From assembly GCA_050008535.1 (NCBI GenBank), contig JBEKML010000001.1, forward strand, positions 260,633-324,632: a stretch of 64,000 bases of DNA. Direction: 5' to 3'. Below are positions 9,334-18,971 of this stretch, in pieces. The notes beneath the pieces were generated by a model. It was not told where the DNA came from. It searched no databases and saw only the letters and a list, made by a program, of their open reading frames with translations. A program made the position numbers and the translations under genes. Every line of letters starts with the position of its first letter. Positions within the stretch are counted from its first letter, which is position 1. This DNA comes from Minisyncoccia bacterium (GTDB lineage Bacteria > Patescibacteriota > Minisyncoccia > UBA6257 > 2-01-FULL-56-20).

Positions 9334-9386
9334 TTTACCACGTTATTATTTACGATGCCAAGGGCCATAAAGTTTCATTACTCTTC

Positions 9387-10109
9387 CTATTCCAGCGCTC
9401 CGACAAAAACCTTTTGTAGGATTTCGCTTTTTATAATAGAAGTTGGGCTCCCTTCGGCGACAACCTTCCCCTTGTCAAGCACGTACCCGCGATTCACGAT
9501 TTCAAGAAGCGATTTGATATTATGCTCTACAATAAATATCGCCGTTTTGTGCCGTTCGTTAATGCGCTTCACGAGCTCAAAAATTTCCCTCACGAGCTTG
9601 GGAGCCAACCCCAGCGATGGCTCGTCCAGGAGCAATACTTTCGGATCCGTCATAAGCCCGCGCGCCAGAGCCAACATCTGTTGCTGGCCGCCCGAGAGCG
9701 TTCCGCCTCTCGCCTTCCGTTTTTCCCTCAACGCCGGGAATGTTTTCATGATCTCTTCTATCCGGCGTTTAAGTTCCGCTTTGTCGCCGACGATAAATCC
9801 GCCGACTTCCAGATTTTCCTCTACGGTGAGATTTGTGAAAACGCGCCGTCCCTGCGGAACGAACGCCACCCCCCGTTTCACCATCTCGTGCGATACGGGC
9901 ATTATGCGCTGTTCGTGAAAAAGAACCTCGCCCGAAGATATCGGCGCGAGGCCAAAAATGGTTTTCAAAACGGTGGATTTTCCGGCGCCGTTGGGGCCCA
10001 TAAGCGCCACCATCTCGCCCTCGTCAATCGCCACACTCGCTCCGTCCAGGGCCTTGACGCCGCCATAATGGACGTGGATGTTTCGAAGTTGTAATAAAGT
10101 TTCATTCAT
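9387..10109 (-). CDS. livF: branched-chain amino acid ABC transporter ATP-binding protein LivF
   Basis: Walker A GPNGAGKST, ABC signature LSGGQQQ, 240 aa. Confidence 0.9.
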   Translation of the reverse strand: MNETLLQLRNIHVHYGGVKALDGASVAIDEGEMVALMGPNGAGKSTVLKTIFGLAPISSGEVLFHEQRIMPVSHEMVKRGVAFVPQGRRVFTNLTVEENLEVGGFIVGDKAELKRRIEEIMKTFPALREKRKARGGTLSGGQQQMLALARGLMTDPKVLLLDEPSLGLAPKLVREIFELVKRINERHKTAIFIVEHNIKSLLEIVNRGYVLDKGKVVAEGSPTSIIKSEILQKVFVGALE

Positions 10110-10117
10110 GGCTTCGC

Positions 10118-10850
10118 TTATTCCCCAAGATACGCCTCGATGACCTCCCGCGCCCTGAGGACCTCTTCTGGTTTTCCTTCGGCCAGAAGTTTCCCGCCGT
10201 CCATCACGAAAACATGATCCGAAAGCTTCCGCACCAATTCCATGTTGTGCTCTATAAGAACAACTGTTTTACCAGCGGCGCGAAATTCTTCCAGGAGAGA
10301 AACAACAAGCTTCACAATTTCCGGGAAAAGCCCCGCAAAGGGTTCGTCTAATAATAAAACCTCCGAATTCATTGCGAGCACTCGCGCAATCTCCAGAAGC
10401 TTTCTCTGGCCATAGGAACAATTAGCGGCAATTTCATTTCGCTTTTCCCACAACCCGACTTTTTTGAGAATTTCTTTCACCTGCGAAAGATGAAACTTCG
10501 TATGTTTCGCCGCAAGGGCGGGAAACACCCCCCGCTCCGTTAAGATCACAAGGATGTTATCCAAGACCGTCATTTGATTGAAAAGCCGGACTTCTTGGAA
10601 TGTGCGTGTTATGCCAAGCGCGGCAAGTTCGGGCGAGGATACTTTGCGAAACAACTCGCCCCCCACCACAATTAATCCGCCATCCATTGGATAAATTCCG
10701 GTCAAAACATTAACAAACGTGGATTTGCCGCTTCCGTTCGGGCCTATAATGCTGGTAATCTTTCCTTTTTCAAACGAGAGCGAAAGATCGTCCACTGCGT
10801 GGACCCCCCCCAAAGTGCTTCGCAAGATTTTTTGTTTCCAGGATGTTCAT
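10118..10850 (-). CDS. livG: branched-chain amino acid ABC transporter ATP-binding protein LivG, interrupted by a +1 frameshift in a G8 homopolymer (sequencing error or pseudogene)
   Basis: N-terminus MNILETKNLAKHFGG is in one frame and the rest (VHAVDDLSLSFEKGKITSIIGPNGSGKST...) in another. The frames join if the C8 run at 10804-10811 is read as C7. Confidence 0.8.
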
Positions 10851-10854
10851 GGCG

Positions 10855-11724
10855 TCATCCCAATTTGTATTCTCCGATGAACCCCTGCGGGCGGTAAAGC
10901 ATAAGAAGAACCAGAAGAAGCCCATACACGAGCTGGCGCATCTGCGCCGCAATATCCTCTGAAAAACCGATAAAGCGAAGCGCCTCGGGCAATATGGTCA
11001 GAACCAACGCACCGACAAGAGAGCCATTCAAATTCGCTGCGCCTCCCAAAATGACAATGGAAAATATGAAGGCGGACGCCATGACGTCGAATGAGGAGGG
11101 TGCGATAAACGTAAGATACGAAGCAAAAAGCGATCCGGCGACCGCCGCGAAAATGGCGGCGATGGAAAAAACCGCGAGCTTGTAATGGAGCGTATGGTAG
11201 CCGAAGATTGCAATAGCTTTTTCATCTCCACGAATGGCTTTTAATACCCTGCCAAACGACGAACGGACGATGAAACGGCAGAGAAAATAAACGGCGACAA
11301 GAACAAGAAAACACAAGAAAAGGAACTGTCCGTTGGTTGCGAAATGGATCCCAAAAAGCACGGGGCGTGGAATGCCAGGGATTCCTAGGGGGCCCCGCGT
11401 CAAAGATCCCCAGTTTGTAAAAATCCCGAACAGAATGAGATTCACGCCAACCGTCCCCAGAACATAGTAATCCCAGCTCAAGCCACGCAAAATTCTTCCC
11501 GTCAGGTATGCAAGTGCTCCTGCGACAACCATTCCCACAAAAACCGAAAGGAAAAAATTTGCGTGGTAGTCAACCGTTAAAATCGCCGTCGCATACGCGC
11601 CTACTCCGAAAAATGCGGCGTGCATGATGGACACCAGCCCCGTGTAACCGACGACCAGATTAAGTCCAAGCGCAAGGATCGCGTAGATGCAAAAGAGAAT
11701 GAGGATGTGGATGAGATACGGCAT
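10855..11724 (-). CDS. livM: branched-chain amino acid ABC transporter permease LivM
   Basis: 289-aa polytopic permease. Its stop lies 5 nt before the livG start. Confidence 0.85.
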   Translation of the reverse strand: MPYLIHILILFCIYAILALGLNLVVGYTGLVSIMHAAFFGVGAYATAILTVDYHANFFLSVFVGMVVAGALAYLTGRILRGLSWDYYVLGTVGVNLILFGIFTNWGSLTRGPLGIPGIPRPVLFGIHFATNGQFLFLCFLVLVAVYFLCRFIVRSSFGRVLKAIRGDEKAIAIFGYHTLHYKLAVFSIAAIFAAVAGSLFASYLTFIAPSSFDVMASAFIFSIVILGGAANLNGSLVGALVLTILPEALRFIGFSEDIAAQMRQLVYGLLLVLLMLYRPQGFIGEYKLG

Positions 11725-12603
11725 TTATTTTTTGGAAACGCCCCGCAAAATTCCCTGCGGACGGAAAATGAGAAAAAGGACGAGGAGCCCAATACCAACA
11801 GATGGTTTCCATACCGTATTTATTTTCCAGACGCCGAAGTTTTCCGCGAACGCGAGGAGAAACGCCCCAAGCACTCCGCCGTATACATTGCCGATACCGC
11901 CAATGATGGATGCTATCGCGGCCTCAAGGAGAAAGATAAGTCCCATTGTCGGGAAAATGCCGATATCGAAACCGACCAAAATCCCGGCTAAACCGGCGAT
12001 GGCACCGCCGAGAAAAAAAGTTATCGATATGATGCGGTCGGTGTTGATGCCGATGATTTTAGAAACCTCCTCGTCGTCCGAGATCGCCCGGATTGCCCGC
12101 CCGAAGGCAGATTTTTTGAGAACAAGCGTAAGGCCAAAAAGAACCGCCAACGCCGTAATGACGGTAATTATCTGCACAGAAGTGATAAAAGTACCGGCAA
12201 CGGCGTATACCGACGCGGGGGAATTCTGGTCGGCTAAGCTCTGATACTGCGAGGTGAAAAAAATTGCAATCGCCGCCTGCAGAAGAAACATAAGGCCAAG
12301 CGAAGCGACGACGTGTACCAAGCTTGTCGCCTTGCGCCGCCGCAGTTTCCTGAAAACGAGAACATCAGAAAGGTATGAGACGATGCCGGCCGCTATAATT
12401 GCAAGCGGTATACCGAGCCACAACGGCAGGGAATTCAGTCGGCAAAATAAGAACACGCCATACGCCCCGACGACCGCGACGGCGCCGTACGCCATATTGA
12501 GAAATTTTGTAATGCCAAAAATCACGTTAAACCCCAGAGCGAGAATGGCATACGCCGCCCCCGCGATAATGGCGTTCATCACCAACTGATTCAGGATGCC
12601 CAT
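11725..12603 (-). CDS. livH: branched-chain amino acid ABC transporter permease LivH
   Basis: 292-aa polytopic permease, directly abutting livM. Confidence 0.85.
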   Translation of the reverse strand: MGILNQLVMNAIIAGAAYAILALGFNVIFGITKFLNMAYGAVAVVGAYGVFLFCRLNSLPLWLGIPLAIIAAGIVSYLSDVLVFRKLRRRKATSLVHVVASLGLMFLLQAAIAIFFTSQYQSLADQNSPASVYAVAGTFITSVQIITVITALAVLFGLTLVLKKSAFGRAIRAISDDEEVSKIIGINTDRIISITFFLGGAIAGLAGILVGFDIGIFPTMGLIFLLEAAIASIIGGIGNVYGGVLGAFLLAFAENFGVWKINTVWKPSVGIGLLVLFLIFRPQGILRGVSKK

Positions 12604-12655
12604 ATGCGCCTTATTCTAACTTTCACAGGTCCGAAAAACAACCGCAAAAACGTGA

Positions 12656-13798
12656 TTATTGCCCAAGCTCCACTATTTTCCCTCCTTCGTATCCCTTAAT
12701 GATGTATTTCGCTGTTACGTCGTCGCCGTTCTGGTCTATCGTATACGTGTCGGCAATGCCTTTGTAGGTGAAATTGTTCTTCAACGCGGCGTTGATTTTC
12801 TCGCTATTCGCTCCGACGCTTTGCATAATCCCAGCTAGCGCTTTCAGAATATCGTAGGCACGTGGAGAATAAGCGATGAGTTGTGGCCCGCCCACCAGCT
12901 TCGCCATCTTATCAATGAATGATTGCGGTAATTGCTCGTTGGCTGGTATCACGTACATCGCACCATCCGCAGCCGATCCTGCTTCGGCAGGGATTTTGGG
13001 ATCATCCCAGCCGTCCGCTCCTATAAGTTTAACCTTGAGCCCCAGCTGTTTTATCTGTTTTAAGCCGATAATGGTTTCACCCGTATATGCCGGGAAATAC
13101 ACCACGTCCGGATTCGCGGCCTTGATTTTCGTAACTTGCGTCCGAAGGTCCTGTGCGCCCTGCTGGAAGCCCTCCTCGTCAACGACGCTAACGCCAAGCT
13201 CTCCAAGGCGTTGTTTCACAACATCATGGAGTCCAACGCACCAGTCGCTCAAACAATAGAGAATTGCCACCCTTTTTGCTTTGAGCGTATTGGCAATATA
13301 TTCAGCAGCAAATTTCCCCTGTAAATTGTCAGAGGGGACAAAACGATACTTATAATCTCCTGCTGTCGTAATCTTTGGGTTCGTGGAACCGTAACTGATG
13401 ATCGGAATATGGGCGGCTTGGGCAATGGGAATCGCCGCAAGCGTTTCAGAAGAACAGAGGCCGCCGATAATAGCGGTTACTTTATCCACATTCACAAGTT
13501 TATTGGCTGCATCCGCCGCAGCAGTCGGATCACATTTGCTGTCTTCGGCGATTACTTCAACTTGCCGGCCGTTTACACCGCCGGCGCTATTTATTTCATC
13601 CCGCGCTATTTGGACCGCCGCCAATCCATTTTCTCCGACCGATGCCTCGTCCCCCGTCAACGGTCCCATAAACCCGATTCTAATCGGGCCTGATGAAGTC
13701 TGGCTTGGGCTTCCAGTCCCACTAAACAATGAATATCCCGCCCAGATCACAATTGCCACGATAATAATTCCCGCAACCCACTTATTTTTTGTGCTCAT
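12656..13798 (-). CDS. ABC transporter periplasmic substrate-binding protein (LivJ/LivK-like)
   Basis: N-terminal signal/TM, type-I periplasmic binding fold (GFMGPLTGDEASVGE...GGVNGRQVEV...), first gene of the liv operon. Confidence 0.85.
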   Translation of the reverse strand: MSTKNKWVAGIIIVAIVIWAGYSLFSGTGSPSQTSSGPIRIGFMGPLTGDEASVGENGLAAVQIARDEINSAGGVNGRQVEVIAEDSKCDPTAAADAANKLVNVDKVTAIIGGLCSSETLAAIPIAQAAHIPIISYGSTNPKITTAGDYKYRFVPSDNLQGKFAAEYIANTLKAKRVAILYCLSDWCVGLHDVVKQRLGELGVSVVDEEGFQQGAQDLRTQVTKIKAANPDVVYFPAYTGETIIGLKQIKQLGLKVKLIGADGWDDPKIPAEAGSAADGAMYVIPANEQLPQSFIDKMAKLVGGPQLIAYSPRAYDILKALAGIMQSVGANSEKINAALKNNFTYKGIADTYTIDQNGDDVTAKYIIKGYEGGKIVELGQ

Positions 13799-14162
13799 TT
13801 TTTATGATTTTTATTATTCGACCCAAGTTTTATAACATACCTATTATATCAAGGGGATGGCGGGGGGCGCTAATACCGTCCCCGCCACGTAATTTCCCAG
13901 TATTGCCGGCTATTGTCTCATGCATACCGCCACGGCAGGCCAATATTCCAAATGGAATAGGCCCGTTCGACCACCGCACGATAACCACAAAACCAGCGTA
14001 TTCTCTTGATATTTATCGATTTTCTGGTCCTCCTAGTAGTAATATAGGCGTAGTAAAATTTTTGTCAATAGATATGTTTGAAAATTGTGTTAATTTACAG
14101 TGCAAAATAGTATTTTGTGGAAATAGTTTGACACAATTTGTTTTGCCGCATATACTGGCTTC

Positions 14163-14951
14163 ATGGATGCGCAAATGGAAAGGTTCAGAAATGCTCTGAT
14201 TTCCATAGGATTCTCCGCTAAAGAGGCCGAGGTGTATTTGGCGCTTCTTGACATCGGGAAGGGAACGGTTTCCCAGATTACACGTAAGGCGAAACTGAAC
14301 CGCACTACTGGTTATGATATTCTGGATAAACTTGTGGGACTTGGCCTCGCGCGCATTTCCGGAAAAGAGCCGAAGCAAGAATACGCGGTGGAGTCGCCCA
14401 CCGGCATCGAGAATATCGTAAAAAACAGAATCGCAGAGGCAAGCAAGAATGCCGAAATAATGCTCAAGCTCATACCCCAGCTCTCCTCCATCCATAATGT
14501 CGCGGGACGGCCGCAAATACGCTTTTATGAGGGTATCGAGGGTTTGAAACAGGTTTACGAGGACACGCTAACTTCCCATGAGCCTATCCGGGCTTGGGCT
14601 ACGGTTGAAGATATGTATAAGGGATTACCCGGCTATTTCCCAAAGTATTACAAACGGCGTGCCGCGCACAACATTTCGATCCGCGCCATTGTTCCCCGAA
14701 CCGAAATGGGACTGGAACTTGTGAAACGCGATAAAGAAGAAGCTCGCGAGACGGCTCTTATTCCGCTCGACAAGTTTTATTTCTCGCCGGAGATAAACGT
14801 GTACGACAACAAGATTATGATCGCTTCGTGGCGTGAAAAGCTCGGCATTATCATAGAAAGCGCCGAAATCGCGGATGCTCTGAAAAAAATATTCGAGCTT
14901 TCATGGGCGGAAGCGAAACGGCTTTCGGTCCAGCATTCGGGTATGATATAA
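14163..14951 (+). CDS. TrmB-family HTH transcriptional regulator
   Basis: N-terminal TrmB-type HTH (EAEVYLALLDIGKGTVSQITRKAKLNRTTGYDILDKLVGLGLA); divergent from the liv operon. Confidence 0.75.
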   Translation: MDAQMERFRNALISIGFSAKEAEVYLALLDIGKGTVSQITRKAKLNRTTGYDILDKLVGLGLARISGKEPKQEYAVESPTGIENIVKNRIAEASKNAEIMLKLIPQLSSIHNVAGRPQIRFYEGIEGLKQVYEDTLTSHEPIRAWATVEDMYKGLPGYFPKYYKRRAAHNISIRAIVPRTEMGLELVKRDKEEARETALIPLDKFYFSPEINVYDNKIMIASWREKLGIIIESAEIADALKKIFELSWAEAKRLSVQHSGMI

Positions 14952-14990
14952 TGGTTGGGATAGCTTTTTCTTTTTTACCTTCGTCTTCTT

Positions 14991-15476
14991 ATGGAAAACG
15001 CAATAGTAAGGAATGTAATTCCGAATTCGGTTCTGCCGTACCCTGAAGGTTTTTGGGACCGGATCAAATATTTTCTTTGGAAGATCATTACGCCCTGCCA
15101 CCCGTATGGCAGGGATGCGCTGCTCAAGCTTCACATCATCCATCACGAGGGCAGGCAGGATTATGTGATCGGCAGGATGGCGCCCGGCGTCAAGCTTGAG
15201 GATTTTCTCAGATATCTTCATACGCAGGGATTTTCGAACCACTTTATCGCATGGGAGGACGATGGCCAGGTTGTGAGCTTGCGGAAGCTCGTGAATTTTA
15301 AATGGCAGTACCATCTGCGCATCTTCGGCGACGGCGAGGTGCGCGGCCACTATGAACGTACGCCAGAAGGGCATCCGATATGGCACCTCAAAGAAATAGG
15401 GCGGGAGGAACGGCGCAAGGACTTTTTGCGGTTTATAGGCGACTGGGCGGTTCCTAAATCTCGGCGGGAAAGATAA
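14991..15476 (+). CDS. hypothetical protein
   Basis: 161 aa of globular-looking sequence; preferred over the overlapping minus ORF, which is K/R-rich and ends in a poly-K tail. Confidence 0.5.
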   Translation: MENAIVRNVIPNSVLPYPEGFWDRIKYFLWKIITPCHPYGRDALLKLHIIHHEGRQDYVIGRMAPGVKLEDFLRYLHTQGFSNHFIAWEDDGQVVSLRKLVNFKWQYHLRIFGDGEVRGHYERTPEGHPIWHLKEIGREERRKDFLRFIGDWAVPKSRRER

Positions 15477-16641
15477 GGTCCCACACCGCGGCGGCGACGT
15501 TGCGCGCCGGACCCCTGAACGGATAGTGATGGAGGTCTATGAACGGCAAGCTGTTGCATTCTATGACGCCGCATTTTTGGTTATGCCACGGGCGCGCCAT
15601 GTCTTCCATCATGAGGTCAACGCCGACAAGGGGATCGTTGAGCACCTCTGCGATCTTCACGAACAGCTTTTTATTTTCGGGATGAGCGTTCACGATCTCC
15701 GTGGTTGAGGCGCCGCAGGCGCGGCTCACTTTTGGATGAAGCACGACCGCAGCGCCTTTTGGGGGGACCGAAGCAAGCGAAAGATTTTGTTCCTTAAGCA
15801 TCGCGCGCGATTCTTCGCCGAGTTCTACCATGTGGAAGATCGGTCCGCGCCGGAGCGGATTTTTATTTTCTTCGCGGACGAGCTCGCGGACGGTGCGGCG
15901 TCCGTCGCCCGTGACGGAGGGCGGTTCGCGGCGCATGATGCCCGCGATCTTTCTGCCGACGAGCGTCACGCGGAACACGGACCCGGGAAGCTCCTCTTCA
16001 ATAACCACCCAAGGAGACAATTCTTTTGCCTTTAAAAATGCGCGGCGGAGCGTTGCAATGTCCGTGATGTGCAGATAGGTATGGCGGCTCCGCGAGCCGA
16101 GGTTCGGTTTTACGACGACGGGGCCGCCGATGGAAACGAACGTTTCTTCCGCACGGGCGTATGTCGTGCACGTTTTTCCGCGGGGTACGGGGATGCCGGC
16201 CTCCGAAAATCGTTTGATGATGATCCCTTTGTCGTCCATCCAATTAAGCGAGGCATTATGGGCCGCGCGCGGCCGGGGAAGGCCGTCAAAAGCGATGGTA
16301 TCGTCTTTGTAGGTAGCGAAGAAGAATTCCCGTGCGAGGCCGAACGGTCGGAATTCTTTCATGACGATGCCGCGCCGTTCCGCTTCTTCCCAGAGCACGC
16401 GCGCCCGCCAATTCGTTTTTTCATCTGGTTTCACGACGATCGTTCCGAGGCGTGCCGCCCTAAGACAGCGCACAAGGGGCGGTGCCATGCGGCCCAAGCG
16501 GAACGGCGCAAGGACGGGTTTTGCGCCGCGCAAGATAAGGTCAAAGGGCTTCGCGAGGCGGTCAATGAGCACGTCCATCCTCACCGACCAGCGTTCCACC
16601 CAATGGGGTACCGCGATGGGGCCGCAATCGGAGCAGTGCAT
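15454..16641 (-). CDS. ATP-grasp ligase resembling the N-terminal ATP-grasp domain of cyanophycin synthetase (CphA-like), standalone
   Basis: VVVKPNLGSRSRHTYL...DGRRTVRELVREENKNPLRRGPIFHMVELGEESRAMLKEQNLSLASVPPKG matches the CphA/RimK ATP-grasp pattern; no Mur-ligase domain. Confidence 0.65.
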   Translation of the reverse strand: MHCSDCGPIAVPHWVERWSVRMDVLIDRLAKPFDLILRGAKPVLAPFRLGRMAPPLVRCLRAARLGTIVVKPDEKTNWRARVLWEEAERRGIVMKEFRPFGLAREFFFATYKDDTIAFDGLPRPRAAHNASLNWMDDKGIIIKRFSEAGIPVPRGKTCTTYARAEETFVSIGGPVVVKPNLGSRSRHTYLHITDIATLRRAFLKAKELSPWVVIEEELPGSVFRVTLVGRKIAGIMRREPPSVTGDGRRTVRELVREENKNPLRRGPIFHMVELGEESRAMLKEQNLSLASVPPKGAAVVLHPKVSRACGASTTEIVNAHPENKKLFVKIAEVLNDPLVGVDLMMEDMARPWHNQKCGVIECNSLPFIDLHHYPFRGPARNVAAAVWDLIFPAEI

Positions 16642-16642
16642 A

Positions 16643-18166
16643 TTATGCGAATCCCGGGAAAAAATCGGTTTTGATGCGGCGCGCGGGAACGCCCATCGTG
16701 CGGAGCGTTCGGTGGAAGGCGGTGATCATGGCGTGCGTGCCGGAAATATAGAACATGCGTTCATGATAGTCGGGGATCGTCTGCGCGACAAGTTTCGCGT
16801 TGATGCGGCCGCGGTAATACCGTTCGTCGGGGAGCGTTTCGTTCGCATCAGTGATGGTATAGATCGTCCGCATGCCGAGTTGCGCCTCCGCCTCGTCAAA
16901 AACTTCGCGGTAGGCGATCTCGGCCACGGTGCGGTTGGAATAGAGAAGTACGACGTCGCGCCGTTCGCCGCAGTCAGTGAGATACTTGATCATGCTGCGG
17001 AAGGGCGTTATGCCGATGCCGCCCGCGACAAAGACCAGTTTCCTCCGCTTGTTCCGCGGGAGCGTGAAGTCCCCGGCGAGCTGCCCGCCCACGATCAGGT
17101 CGCCTGGCTTCATCACAAGTAAATTCTTCTTGAAGCTGCTCGGGGGATCGTAAAATTTTATGCCGAGCCGGAGATCGGCCTCGGTGGGCGAAGAAGCGAT
17201 GGTGAAGTAGCGGCGGTTGCCGCGGCTGTCGCTCTTTTTGTGCGCGAGCGTCCACTCCATGTATTGGCCCGGGCGGAAGTGCGGGGGCTCTTCGTTTGCG
17301 AATACGAAATCAAGCATATCCGTGCCGATCTTTTCTTTCTGTTTTAGCTTAAGGACATATTTCCCTTTGGGGCTTACGAGATAGGAAAAGACATTGCCGG
17401 CGATAAGCGCAAGTTCCGGCGTGGAATAGACGGAGCCCACGTGGATCGCGGGCGCAAAGAGGAAACCGACGAGCGCACCGTAGATGATGCGGAGCGTCCG
17501 CGTCGGCGGCGTGGTCAAGGGCTCCGTGATCATGATGAACGCGAAAAAGAAGATCGGCGCGTGGAGAAACGCTTTTTGGAGCGTGACAAATGGGTCGGAA
17601 GCGGTGTTGGTGAACACGATGGTCAAGAGGCCCACGGCCAAAAAGCTTGCCACGAGATCAAATCGTCGTATCTTCCGCGTGACCAGGAGCCCGCCCACAA
17701 GCACAAAGGCGAGCATTGGCAAATTGCCGCCGACCCACCAGCTTGCGGATTGGTTGATGGTGAATGCGGTCAAGGCCACCGCGAATGCCGCTGGATTGAA
17801 AAGGTGTTTCTTTTTTATGGCAAGGAGGTATTTGCACGCCATCGCCCAGATCGCGGCCCAGACAAGGAAGGAAATGCCCGTCGGGTCCTGCGGCGCCACG
17901 GGCGTGATGATGAGCGCCAAGATGAGCGCCGTGATATAGACGGATTCGGCGTTCGGCTGCGCGCCGAAGGTCTTTGCGAAGAGTTGGTTCGTGGTCCAGG
18001 AGACAAGAACGAGAACGGCAGTGGAGAACACAATTGCAGTCGGACTATAAGGGAGAATGCCCGCTGCGCCGAGAACCACTGCGATCGCGAGAAGCGCGGC
18101 CAAAAAATAAAATACCAGGCGGTACATCGTGATCCGGTTGAGAAATTGGTCGATGAAATTAATCAC
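16643..18166 (-). CDS. membrane flavoprotein: N-terminal NqrB/RnfD-like polytopic domain fused to ferredoxin-NADP-reductase-like FAD/NAD(P)-binding domain
   Basis: N-terminal half has multiple TMs. C-terminal RYFTIASSP (FAD) and FVAGGIGITPFRSM (NAD) motifs. Overlaps the apbE start by 8 nt. Confidence 0.75.
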   Translation of the reverse strand: MINFIDQFLNRITMYRLVFYFLAALLAIAVVLGAAGILPYSPTAIVFSTAVLVLVSWTTNQLFAKTFGAQPNAESVYITALILALIITPVAPQDPTGISFLVWAAIWAMACKYLLAIKKKHLFNPAAFAVALTAFTINQSASWWVGGNLPMLAFVLVGGLLVTRKIRRFDLVASFLAVGLLTIVFTNTASDPFVTLQKAFLHAPIFFFAFIMITEPLTTPPTRTLRIIYGALVGFLFAPAIHVGSVYSTPELALIAGNVFSYLVSPKGKYVLKLKQKEKIGTDMLDFVFANEEPPHFRPGQYMEWTLAHKKSDSRGNRRYFTIASSPTEADLRLGIKFYDPPSSFKKNLLVMKPGDLIVGGQLAGDFTLPRNKRRKLVFVAGGIGITPFRSMIKYLTDCGERRDVVLLYSNRTVAEIAYREVFDEAEAQLGMRTIYTITDANETLPDERYYRGRINAKLVAQTIPDYHERMFYISGTHAMITAFHRTLRTMGVPARRIKTDFFPGFA

Positions 18167-18914
18167 GGGTGTATTTTTTGAATCCTTTTGTCATGATTGC
18201 CACTTTGTTTTTTTCTATCATATATCCTTCTGTCCCCTTGAATCGTTCTATAAAGCGGATCCCTTCTCGCCCCATCGCGAAGGCGGCGGTCGCGAGGCGG
18301 TCTGCCTCATAGATATTCGGGCCGATGACGGTGAGGCTCACGATTTCATCCACCGCCCTGCCGGTCTTCGGATTATAGATGTGTTCGCCGCGGATGTAGG
18401 TGCCCGAGGTCGCGACACCCTCGTTGCTCACATACACCACCTTCACATTTTCTTTTTCATTGAACGGATTTTTTATTCCTACCGCCCATTTTTTCCCGTC
18501 GGCATTCGTGCCGCACGTTTGGATGTCCCCGCCGGCATCCACATAGAAGTTTTTGCAGCCGCGCTCTTCCATTTGCTTTGCGGCGTTCCAGATCGCCCAC
18601 CCCTTCACGAGCCCCGACGGATCGTATTTGCCATCCGGCCGCCTGATGTCAAAATAGCCGTCCGCGAGTTGCTTTGTTTCTTCGGCGAGCGAAAAAATGG
18701 TTTTCATGTCGTCGCTTGCCTCATCCGGTTTGAGCCGGCCGTCGTTTATCGCCGTGATCTCGCTCGTTGGTTTGTATGTGCTGAATTTTTCGTCAATATA
18801 CTTGAAATAATCGAAGGCTGCGCGGATGATTTCTTCTGTTGCGGCCGGTGTTGCGAAGTGGTCCACGACCTCCACGGTGACCGGCATGCCCATAATAACC
18901 CTCGTTTCTTTCAT
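18159..18914 (-). CDS. apbE: FAD:protein FMN transferase ApbE
   Basis: 251 aa, ApbE family signature (VDAGGDIQTCG...GVATSGTY). Confidence 0.85.
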   Translation of the reverse strand: MKETRVIMGMPVTVEVVDHFATPAATEEIIRAAFDYFKYIDEKFSTYKPTSEITAINDGRLKPDEASDDMKTIFSLAEETKQLADGYFDIRRPDGKYDPSGLVKGWAIWNAAKQMEERGCKNFYVDAGGDIQTCGTNADGKKWAVGIKNPFNEKENVKVVYVSNEGVATSGTYIRGEHIYNPKTGRAVDEIVSLTVIGPNIYEADRLATAAFAMGREGIRFIERFKGTEGYMIEKNKVAIMTKGFKKYTRD

Positions 18915-18971
18915 ACGAGAACGTTGCTCGATTTGGTGCTGATTTTCGGAATATCCATTACAATCTAACCT

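Noticed and set aside
14901-15386. 161-aa minus-strand ORF overlapping the 14991..15476(+) hypothetical
   Set aside because: K/R-rich with a poly-Lys tail and no motif; the plus-strand frame has globular composition and distinctive conserved-looking motifs.
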